Below, one piece after another: positions 1 to 12,500 of a stretch of 64,000 nt of DNA. Both the position numbers and the translations under genes were made by a program. Every line of letters begins with the position of its first letter. Positions within the stretch are counted from its first letter, which is position 1. The notes beneath the pieces are model-generated. The model was not told where the DNA came from, did not search any database, and saw only the letters and a program-made list of their open reading frames with translations. Source of the DNA: Raja brachyura (taxonomy: Eukaryota); contig OY740804.1 of NCBI GenBank assembly GCA_963514005.1, positions 5,394,001-5,458,000 on the forward strand. The letters run 5' to 3'.

Positions 1-99
1 ACAATACATGATTTAAAATCCAGAATAAAAAGAAAGATCAACGTCCTACAACGAGACAACGTTACCAGTGGCTCCACAATTGGGATTGGTAGCCTGTAG

Positions 100-480
100 T
101 GCTAAACCTTATGTTTGACAAGACCATGATGATTACATGTTCAGTCATTTATCCTGCAAATGAATTCATACATATTTCTTAGGATAGCTTCTAAAGTGCT
201 GACTCCTGCAGACACAAACATGTTACTAGCACGGCACCATCTAAGTTTCCTTAGCAGTGTTCTCATGGCATCAATGTAAGCCACCTTTAGTTTCTGTAAA
301 CTAGTCTTTCCGTAGTTTGACCACAGGTGTGCAGTATAGAGTAGTGTCCAATATGCTCGAAACAGAGGCATCTTTACCACTTCTGTACACGCACCAAACT
401 TACGCAAGAGAATATTTGCCTGTACATACAGCATACGTCGTTGCCTATAAATATCCTCATCATAGTCATTTATAAGTAAA
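100..480 (-). mobile_element. Degenerate non-LTR retrotransposon RT C-terminal fragment
   Basis: YVQANILLRKF...LFRAY...LYTAHLW...LKVAY resembles a post-RT LINE region. Confidence 0.6.
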
Positions 481-814
481 ATATCATCTTAACACCTCAA
501 CCATGAATCAAATGGTATTTTTTAATGGTGTTAAGGTTGGTAACAATTGATAATTGTTAAGGTTAACACCATTGATGAGTAGAGGGATCTTTTGGTCCAT
601 ATCCCCGACTCTCTGGAAGTGGTAACACAAGTAGATAGAGTGGTAAAAAAAAGGATTAAAGGAAATAATAGGAAAGGTTCTGTAAAAGTTATCCAAGATA
701 TCGCATTTTGTTCAAATAATTCAATAAGTTACCTGACCTAGAAACTATCACCTGGGAATAGAACTACTTAGAGACATAGTCATGGCCTCACGGCGCAGTA
801 CAGGCCCTTCTGTT

Positions 815-1120
815 ATAGTTTAGAGACACAGCACGGAAACAGGCCCTTCGGCCCACAGTGTCTGTGCCCACCAGTGGTAACCCTGTACATTAGCACTGTC
901 GTAAATACTAGGAACAATTTACAATATTTATCAAAGCCAATTAACCGACAAACCTGTGCGTCTTTGTAGTGTGGGAGGAACCCTGAGCACCCGGAGAAAC
1001 CCACATAGGTCACGGGGAGAACGTACAAACTCTGTACTGACAGCACCCGTAGTCAGGATCAAACCCGGGTCTCTGGTGCTGTAAAGCAGCCACTCCACCG
1101 CTGTGCCATCGTGCCGCCCT
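815..1120 (-). mobile_element. HE1-type tRNA-derived SINE (other copies at ~4020-4222, 4440-4680, 5062-5210, 6895-7170, 9664-9843, 16005-16275, 52383-52465, 53290-53510)
   Basis: A/B-box head, V-SINE-like core ttctccccgtgacc...ggtttcctcccac, (aaact)n tail. Confidence 0.8.
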
Positions 1121-2984
1121 GGCTGTTACCTGATGCCGGGGCTGTCCTTCACACCACAGCCTCTAGGCTCTACTATCTATTATTTTCCCTCTGAAATTCA
1201 CAAATTCACAGGCTTGAAAAGAGAGGAAACTGTCCGACAATTGGATTAGAAAATGTGAAATGTTATTATCGCAGTGCAAATGCTGCTGATTACTGCAAAT
1301 CTAGTATCTTCCTCCCTCTCCTGGTGTAGTGAAGAGATGTCAGCTGGAACAGCTCCATAATCTCATTGTTCATGGGGACTGCCGACATGGGAATCCCAGT
1401 ACATGTCCAACTAAGTACTGTTGGTGGAGTGATGACGGAATATATACCAGTCATTTATTGACTCATTCACAACTTGTGGCAGAGCCAAATGTCCGTTTTC
1501 AATTGCACTTGACTTTAATAGTTTGTTCGGCTTTTTCACATCAATAATGTCATTGATTTGTTTGTGCCTATGATTTAGTTTTTTACTGAAGGATGTTAGT
1601 GAAAGATAGATTTACATGACAACTTTGTGGCTTAATTGTTAAAATGATTGACCTGCGGTCTCTGGTAAGAGTCCCATGGACTCGGGATATCAATGCTGCG
1701 GAGAGAGTTTCAACCTCCCCAAAGCAGGAGTTTCGATCACCCCAACGGGGGCTTCGATCGCCGGATGCGGAGGCTTTGATTGCCCCGACTGCGGATGGTT
1801 TGACTGCCCCGACCACGGGAGAACAAAGAGGAAGAAGATTGAACTTTATTGCCTTCCATCACAGTGAGGAATATGGAATCCACTGTGATGGATGTTGATG
1901 TTAACTTCTATATGGTTATGTGTCTTGTAGCTTTTCACTTAGTTTGGCTGTTCGGTAACTCATATTTCACTGTACCTTAATTGGCACATGTGACAGTAAA
2001 CTGACCTTGAAACCTTGAAGATGGTTAAGCATCATATGACAGAGGAAAGACACTGAAAACTGGGGTAACAGTGGGTCAGACAGCTTCTCTGGAGAAAAGG
2101 AATAAGTGATGTTTTAGGTCAAGACCCGTCATCTGACAGACTCAGGGTAAAGGGGACCCAGACTCGCTACTACAGAGGAATATGGGTGATTGGCTGTTTA
2201 TTGAGCAAGAGGAAGGTAAATAGTGAGATTGGTGTTGGCTTTCCAAAAAATGATATAAGTGACCTAGACTTGGACTTGCAAGTCACAAGTTTGAAATGAG
2301 CTGATGATGCAAAACAAAATAGCATTGTGAACTGCAATCCAGGATGTTGTTGAGTTTTGGGAGTACATAGACTTGCTGGTGGAATGGACAGACACATGGC
2401 AGAAGGTAGACATAAAAAGCTGGAGTAACTCAGCGGGTCAGACAGCATCTCTGGAGAAAAGGAATAGATTATGTTTTGAGTTGAGACCCTTCTTCAGACT
2501 GAAAGTCAAGGGAAAGGGAAACGAGAGATATAGATGGTGATATGGAGAGATATAGAACAAATGAATGAAAGAAATGCAAGAAAGTAACGATGATAAAGGA
2601 GACTGGCTATTGTGAGCTGTGGTCTAGTTAAACAAACCAGTGTTAGCTGTGGTCTACATGGGGAAAAAATGTTAGCTGTAGTCGAGATGAGAAAAAACAT
2701 TGTTAGCTCTGGTCTATGTGAAAAAAAACATTGTCAGCTGTGGTTTTGGTGAAAACAATGTTAGGTGTGGGCTAGATGAAAACATTTGTTAGCTGTGGTC
2801 TAGGTGAAACCAACATATGCAGTTCCTTCCTCAACATGGCAGATTCATTTATTGTAGAGAAATTAGGTGATAAATGTTGAATACTTATGGGCAGTATAGA
2901 ATATTGTTACTTCAGCATTTTGTGTCTATCTTCGGTTTAAACCAGCATCTGCAGTTCCTTCCCACACAGATACTATTTGAAGAA

Positions 2985-3830
2985 CGGTTGTGACCATCGG
3001 GTGGTGCCACGCACTAGCAGCCTTGCTAGCAGCTGTCCGTCCTTTTGAGTAGTTTTGTTTTTAGTTTGTCTAAAAGTGTGTTTAAGTGTATTTAAGTGTG
3101 GTGGGGGGGGGGGCAGGGAATAGGGGGGGGGCACAGTTTTTTACTCACTTATCTCGATGGAATGTGACTTTTCCCCCAGTCGCATTTTTGCCCTCCCTCA
3201 TGGGCTAACAGCTTGGATTGGAGCGGCCTCTCCCGGAGTTGGGCCCAGAGCTTCGGCAGCGGGCGCAGTGCAGACATTCCATCGCGGAGCCGGGCGATCC
3301 CTTGCTGGGGATCACCAGAAGAAGTGCTCCAATCTCTGGCCCGCGGATTATAACATCCTGAAGCGGAGCTTCTAGCCGCGGGCGGGCGTGGACTTTCCAT
3401 CACGGAGTCCGGGGATCCCTTGCCGGGAATCACCGGAGAAGAGCTCCGACCGCCGGCCTGCGGTCTATAACATCGTGAAGCCGCGGTCTCCGGTAGGAAG
3501 CGGCCGATTAGGGACCTCCAAGCCGCGGAGTGTCCGTCCGTCGCGACGTCGGAGTTTCGAGCATCCCGACGAGAGGGCCTGTACATCGGGCCACCCGTAG
3601 TGGCGACTGCGAAGGGTTCATGGCCCCGACCACGGATGAACAAAGGAGGAGGACTGACTGATCGTTATTGCCTTCCATCACAATGTCGAATGTTGATTCC
3701 ACTGTGGTGGATGTTCATGTTGTATTCTATTGTGTATTGTGCTCTTTTTGATTGTGTGGCTGCATGGTAATAACATTCCACTGTACCTTAATTGGTGAGT
3801 GTGGCAATAAATGTGAACTTGAACTTGACC
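2985..3830 (+). repeat. GC-rich unclassified interspersed repeat with internal tandem units and a LINE-type tail; related copy at ~1655-2020
   Basis: Shared gccccgaccacgg...ttattgccttccatcaca...cactgtaccttaattgg...tgacaataaa-like tail in both copies. Confidence 0.6.
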
Positions 3831-4843
3831 CTAAATGTCACCTATTCATTCTTTGCAGAGATGTTGCCATTAACAGAGATGTTAACACAATCAAAGACTG
3901 CCTGTGTTGACAATTTACAAACAAACGAGTATATCGTCATCTTTGTCAACAAAACACTCTACCTCCCGCGGCAACCAGCGTTCACGGAAGGCCCCCTAAG
4001 TCCTCGTGGATACCGCGTGTTCCCAAGCCAATTAACCAATTTACCAAGCCAATTAACCTAAAAACCTCTACATCTTTGGAGTGTCGTAGAAAATCGAAGA
4101 TCTTGGAGAAAACCAGGTGGTCACGGGGAGAATGTACAAATTTCGTACCTACAGCACCCATAGTCAGGATCGAACCTGGGTCTCTGATCCCTCGGGGCAT
4201 TCGCTGTGCCACCGTGTCGCCCCGAGGGATCAGAGAGACATTTACTGAGGACGTGTTCTCGCAAGGGAAAGATAATTCTGAGCATTGTTGATGTAATTTA
4301 GGAGATTTTTATCCCCTGGGTAAAAGATGTCCCACACATCAGCTTCAGTGCTGTCCTGACCTCTCATCTACCTCACTGGAAATCTTTGAGATGTTTTTAA
4401 TCGGACTTCAGTGATATAGAGCCATAAAGAATGATGTTATGTCATCCCGTTTTCTCATCCACTCCCCTGAAAAGCTCGGGGCAATTTGCAGAAGCCAATT
4501 AACCTACAAACCCACATGTCTTTGGGATGTGGGTGGAAACCAGAACACCTGGAGGAAACTCACGTGGTTGCAGGGAGAATGTACAAACTGCACGCAGACA
4601 GCACCCAGGGTCAGGATCGAACCTGGGTCTCTGGCACTGTGAGGCAGCAGCTCTAAAAGCTGTCCCACCCCTAGTGCCACCATTGTTGATGTTGATGGGG
4701 TTTGATGAAGAGGGATGGATAGAGATTGATATTTAGTATTAACATTGGAGTGGACTAGTGGGGCTGAATGGCCTGTGTTATGCTACATAATATTAGTTTA
4801 TATATTCTCAAACATTCAGACAATTCACAATTCACATCATTAC

Positions 4844-4887
4844 CTGGATTTCATTGTTATCTTCTGTCTGAGAAGGCATAAAACGTT
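4844..4887 (-). pseudogene. Orphan paralog of the gene A cytoplasmic exon (...SQTEDNNEIQ|gt)
   Basis: Matches 9943-9989 (GEENNDIQ|gt) plus about 70 bp of the adjoining intron; its 5' side abuts a Penelope-derived insert. Confidence 0.55.
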
Positions 4888-7169
4888 CTTCAGACTGAAG
4901 AAGGGTCTCGGCCCGAAACGTTGTCTATTTCCTTCGCTCCATAAATGCTGCCTCACCCGCTGAGTTTCTCCAGCATTTTTGTCTACCTTCGATTTTCCAG
5001 CATCTGCAGTTCCTTCTTAACCATTTAACAATATAAAGATATGGTCATTGAGCTTATATTAAAACCTACAAACCTGCACGTATTTGGAATATGTGAGAAA
5101 ACCCACGTGATCAGATGGACAATATACAAACTCAATGCAGACAGCACCCATTGCCAGGATCAAACCTGGGTCTCTGTAGCTGTAAGGCAGCAACTCTACC
5201 ACTATGTCGCTATATTTGGAATTTGTATTTTTCCTTGATTTTAAACATCTCCATCAGATCACTTTGCAACCTTTTCTGTTCTCAGGAGATCAATTGTTCG
5301 CTGTACGCTGATCAATTATCCACCGGACTAAAGTCCTTCATTCCTAAGTTACTTTTTCTAAATCCCTTCCGTACCTCTCTAACAATTTCACAACCTTCCT
5401 AAATTGTGACCAAACTCATATTTTATAAATGGAGGTACACGAGACTGTAGATGCTGGAATCTGAAGCAAGAAGGTATCCTGGTGCAGTCTTGACCCGAAA
5501 TGTTGACAATTTATTTCTGCGTGTAGACTCTGCTTAACCCATTGAGTGCCTTGAGCAGTTTTTTGGCTCTTACATGTTTCATAAAGTTTCATAAAAATTC
5601 ATATTCTATGTATCAGAGATAATTAATTTTTTTCAACCAATTTCCCAATCTGCTCAGGAACTTTCAAGAAACTTAGCTATTAAACATTCTGCAGAAGCCT
5701 TGTTTTTGTACCTTCCAGTTTGTATTGTCACTTGCAATACTGACCATTAAATAAGTCTGAAGAAGGGTCTCGACCCGAAACATCGCCTATTCCTTCGCTC
5801 CATAGATGCTGCCACACCCGCTGAGTTTCTCCAGCATTTTTGTCTATCTTCGATTTTGCCAACATCTACAGTTCTTTCTTAAACATAATGTAATGCGTTA
5901 CATTTTTTATTATTAAATTTTATTGGCCAAACAACACACGTATGAAGCAACTGAGAAAAAATAGGAAGGAACAATTGTTTGTTAATGTTCTAAAGTGTGA
6001 ACGTGTAGAGATGATTACAAAATTGTTCTCATTATCCTGATAAGATTAAGATCAAATTTAATATTTCACTGCCTTTAAACCTAGCTCATCGAAACCACAA
6101 TCAGGAAGTGGTTTGTATTCTTTGCAGAACTGGGTTCTTCTTGGAAGTCAATTGTTGAGCAATGTGTCAAGTCATTAATGGTCTATCTGTGGTGATGCAA
6201 ACACAACTGCTTGCTCTTTTTGTAAACAACCTTTTGCAGTTAATTTTTTCTATTTGTTCTCCAGGCATGCTGTCTAACCCACTGAGTTACTCCAGCACTT
6301 TGTGTAAACCAGTATCTTCGGTTTCTTGTTTCTACATTTTGACGAGCCTGAAGAAGGACCCTGACCCGAAACATCACCTATCTATGTTAGATTCTATAGA
6401 TGCACCGTATCCCACCATTGAGCCATCTATACCTCACGATACCGCAAGAAAGCAGGCAACATAATTAAGGACCTTTTTCACCCCAGCCATCACCTCTTCT
6501 TCCCACTCCCATCAAGGCAGAAGATATAATAGCTTGAAATTATACTCTATCTGTTTCACGAACAGCTTCTTCAAACCTAGTGTGATGTAAGAGGCTTTTA
6601 GATAAGTACATGGAGGTGCAGGGCTGGAGAGATATGGATTATGTGCAGGCAGATAAGGGTTTGTTCAGGGCAAGCACTATCAGAGGGGGGGGCAACGAGT
6701 GCCATTTGGCATGGGCCTCATGCCTGTCTGCTTCAAAGGGATCTTGATTTGGGGGCCTCTAAAATTGAGGGGCTTCTGCTTGAAAATCTGAAATTGAAAT
6801 TGGCCTGGGCCTCAGTTCATCTATGAGATGGCCTGGATCCTGGCATTATGTTCGGCACGGACATTGTGGGCTTGAGGGTTTATTCCTCTCATGTTTAGTT
6901 TAGTTTAGAGATACAGCATGGAAACATGCCCTTTGCCCCACTAAGTTCACTCTGACCAGCAATCACCCATACACTAGTTCTATCGTGAACGCTAGGTACA
7001 ATTTCAGAAGCCAATTAACCTACAAACCTGTACATCTTTGAAATGTGGGAGGAGACCAGAGAACCCAGAGAAAACCCAGGCGGTCACAGGGAGAACGTAC
7101 AATCTCCATAGTCAGGATTGATCCCAGGTGTCTGGCAGCAACTCTACCGCTGTGTCACTGTGCCACAGT

Positions 7170-8480
7170 GTCGCAGTGCATCAGAAAGAAGGACGCGCCA
7201 TTGTGTTTGGCTGCCCGTCATCTCCCACCTGAACAAATACCTTATCTAGATAATGTCTGCCGTTCATATGGCCTGCAGTCAAAGCTGGCATACGAATGGC
7301 AGGCATTACTAAAGGCTTCACTTACCGTTCGCTCCTCGCTCGGCTCCCGAGATAAGTATGGGCTCCACCTTGTGGCGGCCTCTTCACGCCTGGAGGCGGA
7401 GTAAACGCGCGGGTGCCATGGTAAGGCTGAAGAACCTCACCTGCACCCGTTTAACATCTGCTAACCTCGCCCAGCGCTGTGAGGATGGACCTGGTCGGCC
7501 CTAACGCTACATCCATCGGCGGTCCCTTGAGCCCAGGTATGTTTCTCTCCGGCCAATCCTCCCGGTCCCAGGTCTGTCGGCCCACGTGGGCTCCCAGCCA
7601 GGCCCTGTGTGAAGCGCAGCGGCATGGTCTCCCTGAACCTCCGTCCGCTGGCGTGGGAGGCGCTACCGACCCTCAACTCACCTGCAGTCCCTGCAAAAGT
7701 CCCTGATCAATGCGATATCAGTGCTGAATAAAACCTTTGTCCTCAATGACTTCTTCACCATACGTGGATTGGACCTCCTACTGATCACAGAAACCTGGCT
7801 TGCTCCACTCGTGGAACTCTGCCCTGATACCTGTAACTTTTTCAGCTCACCTAGACTCTCAGGTCGCAGTGTGGGCCTAGCCACTGTGTTTAAGAAGAAT
7901 TTAAACTGCCGCCTTCTAAACGCGGATCACGTCTCCAGTTTTGAATATCAACTTATCATAGTTGGTCTATTCTGTCCGCTTTTAATTGTTCTGGTGCATC
8001 GCCCCCCAAAAACAAATAAGGACTTTATCTCACAATTTGGTGATCTTATCGCTCGCTTGTTGCCCAAATTTGACCAGGTCCTGATTCTTGCTGACTTTAA
8101 CATTCATATCTGTTGTCCCACGAAGCCTCTAGTGAGTGAATTTATGAACCTGGTTGAGTCCTTCAATCTGTCTCTACTCACCACTGGACCCACGCACAAG
8201 CTTGGACATATACTAGACCTAGTGCTTTCATCTGGTCTCCCAACTTGTAACACAGATACTATTGATGCCTGTCTGTCTGATCACAGTGCTATTATATTCC
8301 ATATAACCCTGCCTTTCTCTCCCTCAAAGTCCCATCTCCCTGCTCGCTACTCCCGCTACGTTAACTCCACGATGGCCAGTAAGTTCTCTGAGACTCTCAT
8401 AGCTGCCCCTGACATCTGCACTATTTGCACCCTCCCTCTGCCCATTTCCCCTTGGCTGCGCAGTATCTAGGGATCGGCTC
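7170..8480 (+). mobile_element. L2-like LINE 5' fragment with APE endonuclease
   Basis: ORF 7721-8470: LLITETWL, HRPPK, ADFNIH, GPTHKLGHILDLV, SDH. Confidence 0.8.
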
Positions 8481-8716
8481 ATGTAAGATAATTTTATTTG
8501 CAACTGGTCACTGAGGCAGGTAAAATCCAGTCCTGACCAAGTTTTGGTCACAATATTTTGGCCCAGAGACAATGGGTTGTGGTGTGCTCAGGCTGACCCT
8601 TGCAAGGAATGATGATGGGAGGGTTGGGGAATTTGTGGGTGGAGGGAATGAGGGTGGGTATTACAGGAATGGGAAGCAGTGCCATTTTTATCATTTGTAT
8701 GCATGATCTAGGCTCA

Positions 8717-8722
8717 TTTATT
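8717..8722 (-). terminator. Candidate polyadenylation signal (AATAAA) of gene A
   Basis: AATAAA on the minus strand about 530 nt downstream of the gene A stop codon. Confidence 0.35.
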
Positions 8723-9249
8723 ATACTGGTGGATGAAAGAGATTGGTGAAGGGAGTGGAATTCATAAAGTTATTAGTGATAGGAGCAGGCAATTTGGCCC
8801 ATCAAGGCTACTCCGCCATTCAATCATCACTGATCTGCCTCTCCCTCTTAACATCACTCTAATGCCTCCTCCCCATCACCCCTGACACCTGATGAATTGA
8901 ACAAAACCGCTCTGAAAGAGCTTCACAAAGTATAGCTATAAAAAGATGCCGGTTTAAACTGAAGACGAACCCAAAATGCCAGAGTAACTCAGATGGTCAA
9001 GAAACATCTCTGGCGAAAATGGATTGGTTACCATTTTAGGTCAAAACCTTTCTACACACCATCCGAAGAAGGGTCCCAACCTCAAAGGCCACTTGTCCAT
9101 TTTCTCCAGAGATGTAGCCTGACCTGCTGAGTTACTCCAGCATTTTGTGTCCATCTTTGACAAAGTATAAAGCAGACTAACGCAGTATGATCTGAACAGA
9201 GTGGTAAAGCAAGTATTGCCAAAAACTCACACCAAATTAAAAATCTCTC

Positions 9250-9525
9250 CTAAGAAACAACAGAGGCATAAATTGTCTCAGAGTTCTCTGGAGTCCCAGT
9301 AGATTGGGGTTTCCGATTGCCCTTTGGGCAGTTGCGATGAAAATTGACATCTGCGTAGACGACAGCATTGTCAGCCACATGGTGCCTTGATCTCGACTCC
9401 CTTTGACAATTCACCACTGCATACGTGAGGTCACCTTCATTGTTATCCAAATGGTCAGCTGCCCTGTTGTTTCCAAGTTGCTGCAGATTTGCATAAACAA
9501 GGTTTCCTTCCAACACTGCCATTTC
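9250..9525 (-). CDS. Gene A terminal exon with ITIMs LVYANL, LTYAVV, VVYADV and ITSM TIYASV
   Basis: ORF track 9250-9522; acceptor tatattttag; four tyrosine motifs matching ITIM/ITSM consensus; TAG stop. Confidence 0.9.
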   Translation of the reverse strand, partial: EMAVLEGNLVYANLQQLGNNRAADHLDNNEGDLTYAVVNCQRESRSRHHVADNAVVYADVNFHRNCPKGNRKPQSTGTPENSETIYASVVS

Positions 9526-12500
9526 CTAAAATATAACAACATTCAATTTTACAACCTAATATATCTGATAGGTCCTCAACAGATGTCTATTGCAAAATAG
9601 GTCTCAAAGTGTTCAGTGTACAGAACAAGCCATTGCTGCTGTTTACAACACAGAGATAGTGTAGCACGGTGGAGCAACGATAGAGTTGCTGCCTAACAGC
9701 GCCTGCAACGGGTTTGTAGGTTAATTGGTTTGGCATAATAGCAAATTGCCCCTGGTGTGTGCAGGAGAGTTTAGTGTGCGGGGGTCACTGGTCGGCGTGG
9801 AGTCGGTGGGCCCAAGATCCTGTTTCTGCGCTGGATCTCTTAAATGGTGTGGACTGGTGTTGCTAAATGTCCTGTGTATACACAGATAATTCAATATTAT
9901 ATATTCTTCATCACTCAGATAATTTATATTTCACAATTTTACCTGGATGTCATTGTTCTCTTCACCGTGTGATGTATTGCAATTGGATTCTGGAAAATAT
10001 GTTGTCGATAGGGCCATATCAGGAACAGGTTTAAACATCATTCATTCATATATTTCATTCATAGAAGGTACATAGAACTAATATCTCTCATTTCCCGTTC
10101 CCCTGACTCTCAGTCTGAAGAAGGGTCTCGATTCGAAACATCACCTATTCCTTTTCTGCAGAGATGCACCCTGACCCACTGAATTGCTGGAGCATTTTGT
10201 GTTTATCTTCAGTATAAACCACCATCTGCAGTTCCTTCCAACACACAGAAACATCTACGTGTTGTGTGCAAGACCTTATATTTAGGAGAACCCCAAAAGT
10301 ACTGCTGTATATTTGCATGAACGGAGCAAGAATCTGCCCTGTTGCTTTGGTTACTGTACATATTTTTCAGAATGGATCATATTCCCTGTGCTCTACCCAT
10401 CCCTCCTGAAAGCTGCCTAAACCCACCTGATCTCCCGGTTGCTCAACAGTTTAACTACCACTATCATTCCCACACTACCATTTCTGTGCTTGGCCTCCTC
10501 CGTTGTCAGAGTGAGGCCCAGTGCAAACTGGAGGAACAGCACCTCATATTTTGCTTGGGCAGCTTACACCCCAGCGGTGTGAACATTGACTTCTCTAACT
10601 TCAAGTAACCATTGCTTTCCCTCTCTCTCCATCCCCTCCCCATTCCAAATTCTTTGACCAGTCTTACTGTCTCTGACTACATTTTATCTGTGTACCACCC
10701 ACTCCCCTGACATCAGTCTCAAAAAGGGTCTTGACCCGAAACGTCACGCATTCCTTCTTTCCAGAGATGCCGCTTGTTTTGTTCAGTTAATCCTGCATTT
10801 TGTGTCAATCGTCCTAACCTTATCTGCTCCAGCAGCTTTCATAAGTTCATAAGTTATAAGAGCAGAATTATTCTATTTGGCCCATCCATCTACTCCGCCA
10901 TTCAATCGTGGCTGATCTATCGCACCCTCCTAACCTCTTTCTTCTGCCCTCTCTCCACTAATCAAGAATCTATCTATCGATCTATGCCTTAAAAATATCT
11001 ATTGACGGCCTCCACAGCCTTCTGTGGCAAAAGATTCCACAGATTGACCACCCTCTGACTAAAGAAATTCTTCCTCATCTCCATCCTAAAGGGTTGTCCT
11101 TTAATTCACAGGTCATGACCTCTGGCCCTAGACTCTCCTACGAGTGGAAACATCTATTCTACATCCACTCTATCCAGGACTTTCACTATTTGATCTTTCA
11201 ATGAGGATTCCCCCCGTCTTTTCCCTCTTACCCTGTTGTAACGGGTCTTGGATCTGAAATGTTTACTGTTTTACTTTCCACTAATGCTCTCTGACTGAGA
11301 AACAGCTCAGTGAACTTTCACATTTTCATCGGCGATGGAGATAGATGGCAGCTTCAAGTTCATGGGCGTTCACATCTTGGATTACCTGTCCAGGCTAGAC
11401 CTGCCCTGCCTCAACTACCTCCTCTGGCAGCTCCTGCCATATACCTGCCACCCTCTGTGTGAGGCAGGTATGTTGTACGTTGTCTATGTCCCTGTGAGGC
11501 TGCAGGCGTGATCTTCATTGTAACAGTACTTCACTGTGCTTGTGCAAGTGACAATAAACAAGACTTTACCCAATTCGAAATACAACAGCTAATCACACAA
11601 AGCATATTCTAACAGCTGAGAGGATGGGAGTATCTATGTAAATCTTACATCTACCTAGCCTCTTAGTTCTCACGCATCTCTGCCATTTCACGCTCAGACA
11701 GTTTCTGTACGATGATGCTAAAAAAAGTTTTTGTCACAGAGTCACCATGATAGCATCAAACATGATAGCATTATTGATCATTCATGCTTCCTCCTACAAT
11801 TTAATTCATTAATGCAGGGCATTTGTTGATTACAACAGAATAAAAATATCTTGACATTCTGCAAGGAACTGAGACATGTATTGTGAAATTATTTAAGGGA
11901 AATCAGAAACTCACCCTTGGATTTACGCTTTCGGTACCAAAGGAAGGCAATGATGAGAATCAGGAGAAGCACAGTGACACCAGACATAAATATGTAAGTG
12001 ATCCTGTTGGACATAGAATAGGGAAGGGTGAGATATGGCTCATCATTGATTCTTGGCCTTTAGTAAAGAACAAAAGTCAAGCATTTATATGGCACCTTTC
12101 ATACATTTTTTGAAGTGTGCAACAAAGGAAATAAAGTGTAGAGTCTGTTTCGGTGGATAATGCAGCAGCTAATCTGCTGGCATTAAGGTGACATTGACCA
12201 ATGATCGTGAAACTGGTTGAAGAGCAATTGCGTCCAAACATTAAGGAACAACAGATGGGAACCATTACACTTTTATTGCTTTAGTTTAGTTCAGCTGAGT
12301 TTGGTTTAGTAAGTTTAGATTAGTTTAGTTTTTAGATGAGTATAACTTTAAAAATGTAATACTAGGGGGGGACTTTAACTGTGTTATAGATTCATACTTA
12401 GACAAATCAATAAAATTAAGGAAGGGTAGTGTCAAATCCAAGTCTAGTAAATTCTTAAATACATATATAAAAAACGTTAATATAACAGATGTATGGAGAA

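Noticed and set aside
1411-1601. Minus-strand acceptor with a CACTAAC branch-like motif followed by 57 open codons
   Set aside because: The branch motif is only about 10 nt from the AG, the phase does not fit the orphan exon, and the peptide has no recognisable motif.
3149-3702. Overlapping GC-rich ORFs
   Set aside because: They lie inside an interspersed repeat where stop codons are scarce; no domain motifs.
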